Below, piece after piece: positions 61,891-64,000 of a stretch of 64,000 bases of DNA. Within the stretch, counting starts at the first letter, position 1. The number at the start of each line of letters is the position of its first letter. A program made the position numbers and the translations under genes. Under the pieces are notes generated by a model. That model was not told the origin of the DNA, did not search any database, and saw only the letters and a list, made by a program, of their open reading frames with translations. This stretch comes from Octopus vulgaris (lineage: Eukaryota), in contig OX597820.1 of assembly GCA_951406725.2 (NCBI GenBank), positions 14,632,001 to 14,696,000 of the forward strand, given 5' to 3'.

Positions 61891-61965
61891 GTGTGTGTGT
61901 GTATATATATATATATATGTGTGTGTGCATATATATATATATATATAAATGTGTGTGTGTGTGTG
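61750..61965. repeat. (TG)n/(TA)n compound microsatellite
   Basis: Direct reading. Confidence 0.9.
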
Positions 61966-62870
61966 TTATGGTTTATTTTGGTATTGTTTTTATTGTCTCT
62001 ATTAGGTTTTTAAAATTCTAATGTTTCTTTGTTTAATCTTTTATAAAATGTCTGGCCGAAAATATTCCACTTTCTATATTTCTATAGCTGAATTATTAAA
62101 AATATATAAAATCTTTGATACAAATTCAAAATAACAAAAAGAATAAAAAGAAAAGACAAGTTTTTTTTTTCTTCAATTTCATTTTTCCACCTTTGTGGAC
62201 AAATTAGATTATGGATGAAGTGTTATTGTATTTGATGGCTTAAAAAACAAACGGACATACAAGATGCACCCTAATTTCAGCAGAGCATGTACGTGCAAGG
62301 CGAAAAAGTTTTTAGTGCAGTATAGCTTATGGGTGGCCAGACTTCAGATATAGAAACCAAGGAGATTTCTTTTGATTTCCTGTAGTGAAAAAACTGTGTC
62401 TTGTATGCCATCAGGCATGGTAATTTCTTTGAAAAGAATGTTATAAACAGTATCTGAATTTCTGATTACATCAGCTAGTGTTAATGAATTGTGGGTATAG
62501 TCGTACTTGTTGAATAACCTTAGTGATCTCTGCTTGAAGACATTCATGACATACAAGTGGCATCATGAATGAATCAATTTCCAGCCATAGAAGTCTGTTC
62601 AAGGAATATAAGATCTGAAATATTGTGGCCTTATTGAGAGGCCATGTCATGTTTTGCTGAGTAAAGATAATTTGCCTGTCTTTGTGTAAACAAGCTGAAA
62701 TACCAAATAGGATATTTCCTTCAATAGCTTGATGACCTTTTGGTATTATTATTAAATCCACAAAGGTCTAATCATTATCTTCTTTGTTATATTGGATGGC
62801 GTTATGAAGTGGATGTCAAAGTCAGTGAAACCTAGACAAAATCTCCTCCTCCTAGCCTGAACCCTAACCC

Positions 62871-62872
<2 letters not shown>

Positions 62873-62901
<29 letters not shown>

Positions 62902-63220
62902 TTAACATCCCTTTTTCATGTTGCCATGGATTGGATGATTCAACAGGAGCTGTCGAGCGAAAGGGCTGCACCAAACTCCCCACTGCTGAAGATGTTGACT
63001 TCACTGTTTGACATGGTCTCTATAACTGAATGCCCTAATGCCAACCACTTTGCAGAGTGTACTGGGTGCTTTTCATGTGGCACCAGCACTAGTGAGGTCA
63101 CCAGGTAACTTGCAAAGCAAGACCCTCTCAGCTGAGGAGGCTGTCATACTGAGGGAGGTGGCTTTATGCCAGGTGATGAGAAGCTAAAAGTATGAGGTAG
63201 AGGAACAGGTGTCTTGTCTT
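62873..63220 (-). mobile_element. Older RTE-family 3' end
   Basis: (CAT)n CCTTTAACATCC..ATGCCCTAATGCCAACCACTTTGCAGAGTGTACTGGGTGCTTTT; similar to ~18465-18700. Confidence 0.6.
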
Positions 63221-63231
63221 GTTGTATGGTT

Positions 63232-63385
63232 GTGAGCTGACAGAATCATTAGCATGCCATGTGAAATGCTTAGTGACAGTTTGTCCATCTTTACTTTCTG
63301 AGTTCAAATTCTGCCAGGGTCGACTTTGCTTTTCATCCTTTCATGGTCAATAAGTTAAGTACCAGGGTCAATGTAATCAAGTACC
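63232..63385 (+). mobile_element. Diverged SINE family B
   Basis: GTGAGCTGACAGAATCATTAGC..GAGTTCAAATTC..TTTTCATCCTTTC. Confidence 0.75.
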
Positions 63386-64000
63386 AGGGTCAATTTGAAA
63401 CCAATATTTGGTTTTGGTGTTTTGTTTTGAATTCAGATTTCGTCTCTGACATGGTCCTTAAACTGGGCGCTGTATTATTTTAGTTAAGGGTTCATTTAGA
63501 AAGGATTATAATAGCCTAACGGATTATTGGATTGCTAACTCAATGTGTGTGACTACATAATCCCATGAAGTCACTTTCTTCCACAGAGTTCAATTTACTT
63601 AGAAATTTATTCCTATCCTAAGTGAATGGTCGGCATGTGCACGAAATCTAGGACTACTTTATATAACATGTCCTACCTTTATTTCAAGATGGTCTAGTGT
63701 GTTTATAGGAATATCTGGCTGGTATTTCTAGCAGGTTGAGTGAGCACATAGCGATTCTCTTGTCAGCTTTATGTGGTGAAGTACATACATGGGAGAATTC
63801 TTTGTTTTAAGAAAATGGTAAAAAAATAATGGTGTGCCTGTGTTTGTCCCTCACCACTGTTTGGTGGTGGTTTGTTTACATCCTCATTATGTCTATCTAT
63901 ATGTGTGTATGTATGTATGTATGATGGTATAATTTTTACTTTTGCTATCAATGAATTAAATAAAAGCTGGCCTGACCAAATCACTTTTGAAATATCCTCA

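Noticed and set aside
62344-62761. Two minus-strand ORFs (70 and 96 aa) in unique-looking sequence
   Set aside because: No recognisable motif or splice structure; possibly a decayed transposon
62855-62872. CCTGAACCCTAACCCT telomere-like repeat
   Set aside because: Only ~2 units; compatible with chance

Overview
AT-rich animal genomic DNA dominated by microsatellites and interspersed repeats. The repeat repertoire resembles octopus/coleoid cephalopod DNA (inference, not a database match). No intact host protein-coding gene is recognisable, and nearly all ORFs in the track are microsatellite or SINE translations. Recognisable protein remnants are a 5'-truncated CR1-clade LINE RT (7721-9063, +, one frameshift), the C-terminal end and 3' UTR of an RTE-clade LINE (41373-42570, -), a decayed pogo/Tigger DNA-binding domain (~37831-37970, -) and a mariner C-terminus in a MITE (52336-52553). 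The rest comprises many copies of several tRNA-derived SINE families, ~15 RTE 3'-end fragments, piggyBac/hAT/pogo-type MITEs, a non-autonomous Helitron and foldback palindromes. The most unusual signal is a tRNA-headed SINE carrying a Penelope-type minimal hammerhead ribozyme (21474-21756, second copy 51587-51827). Several unique islands carry strong + strand splice sites, suggesting the window lies in the large introns of a + strand gene. Repeat boundaries are read by eye and are approximate.
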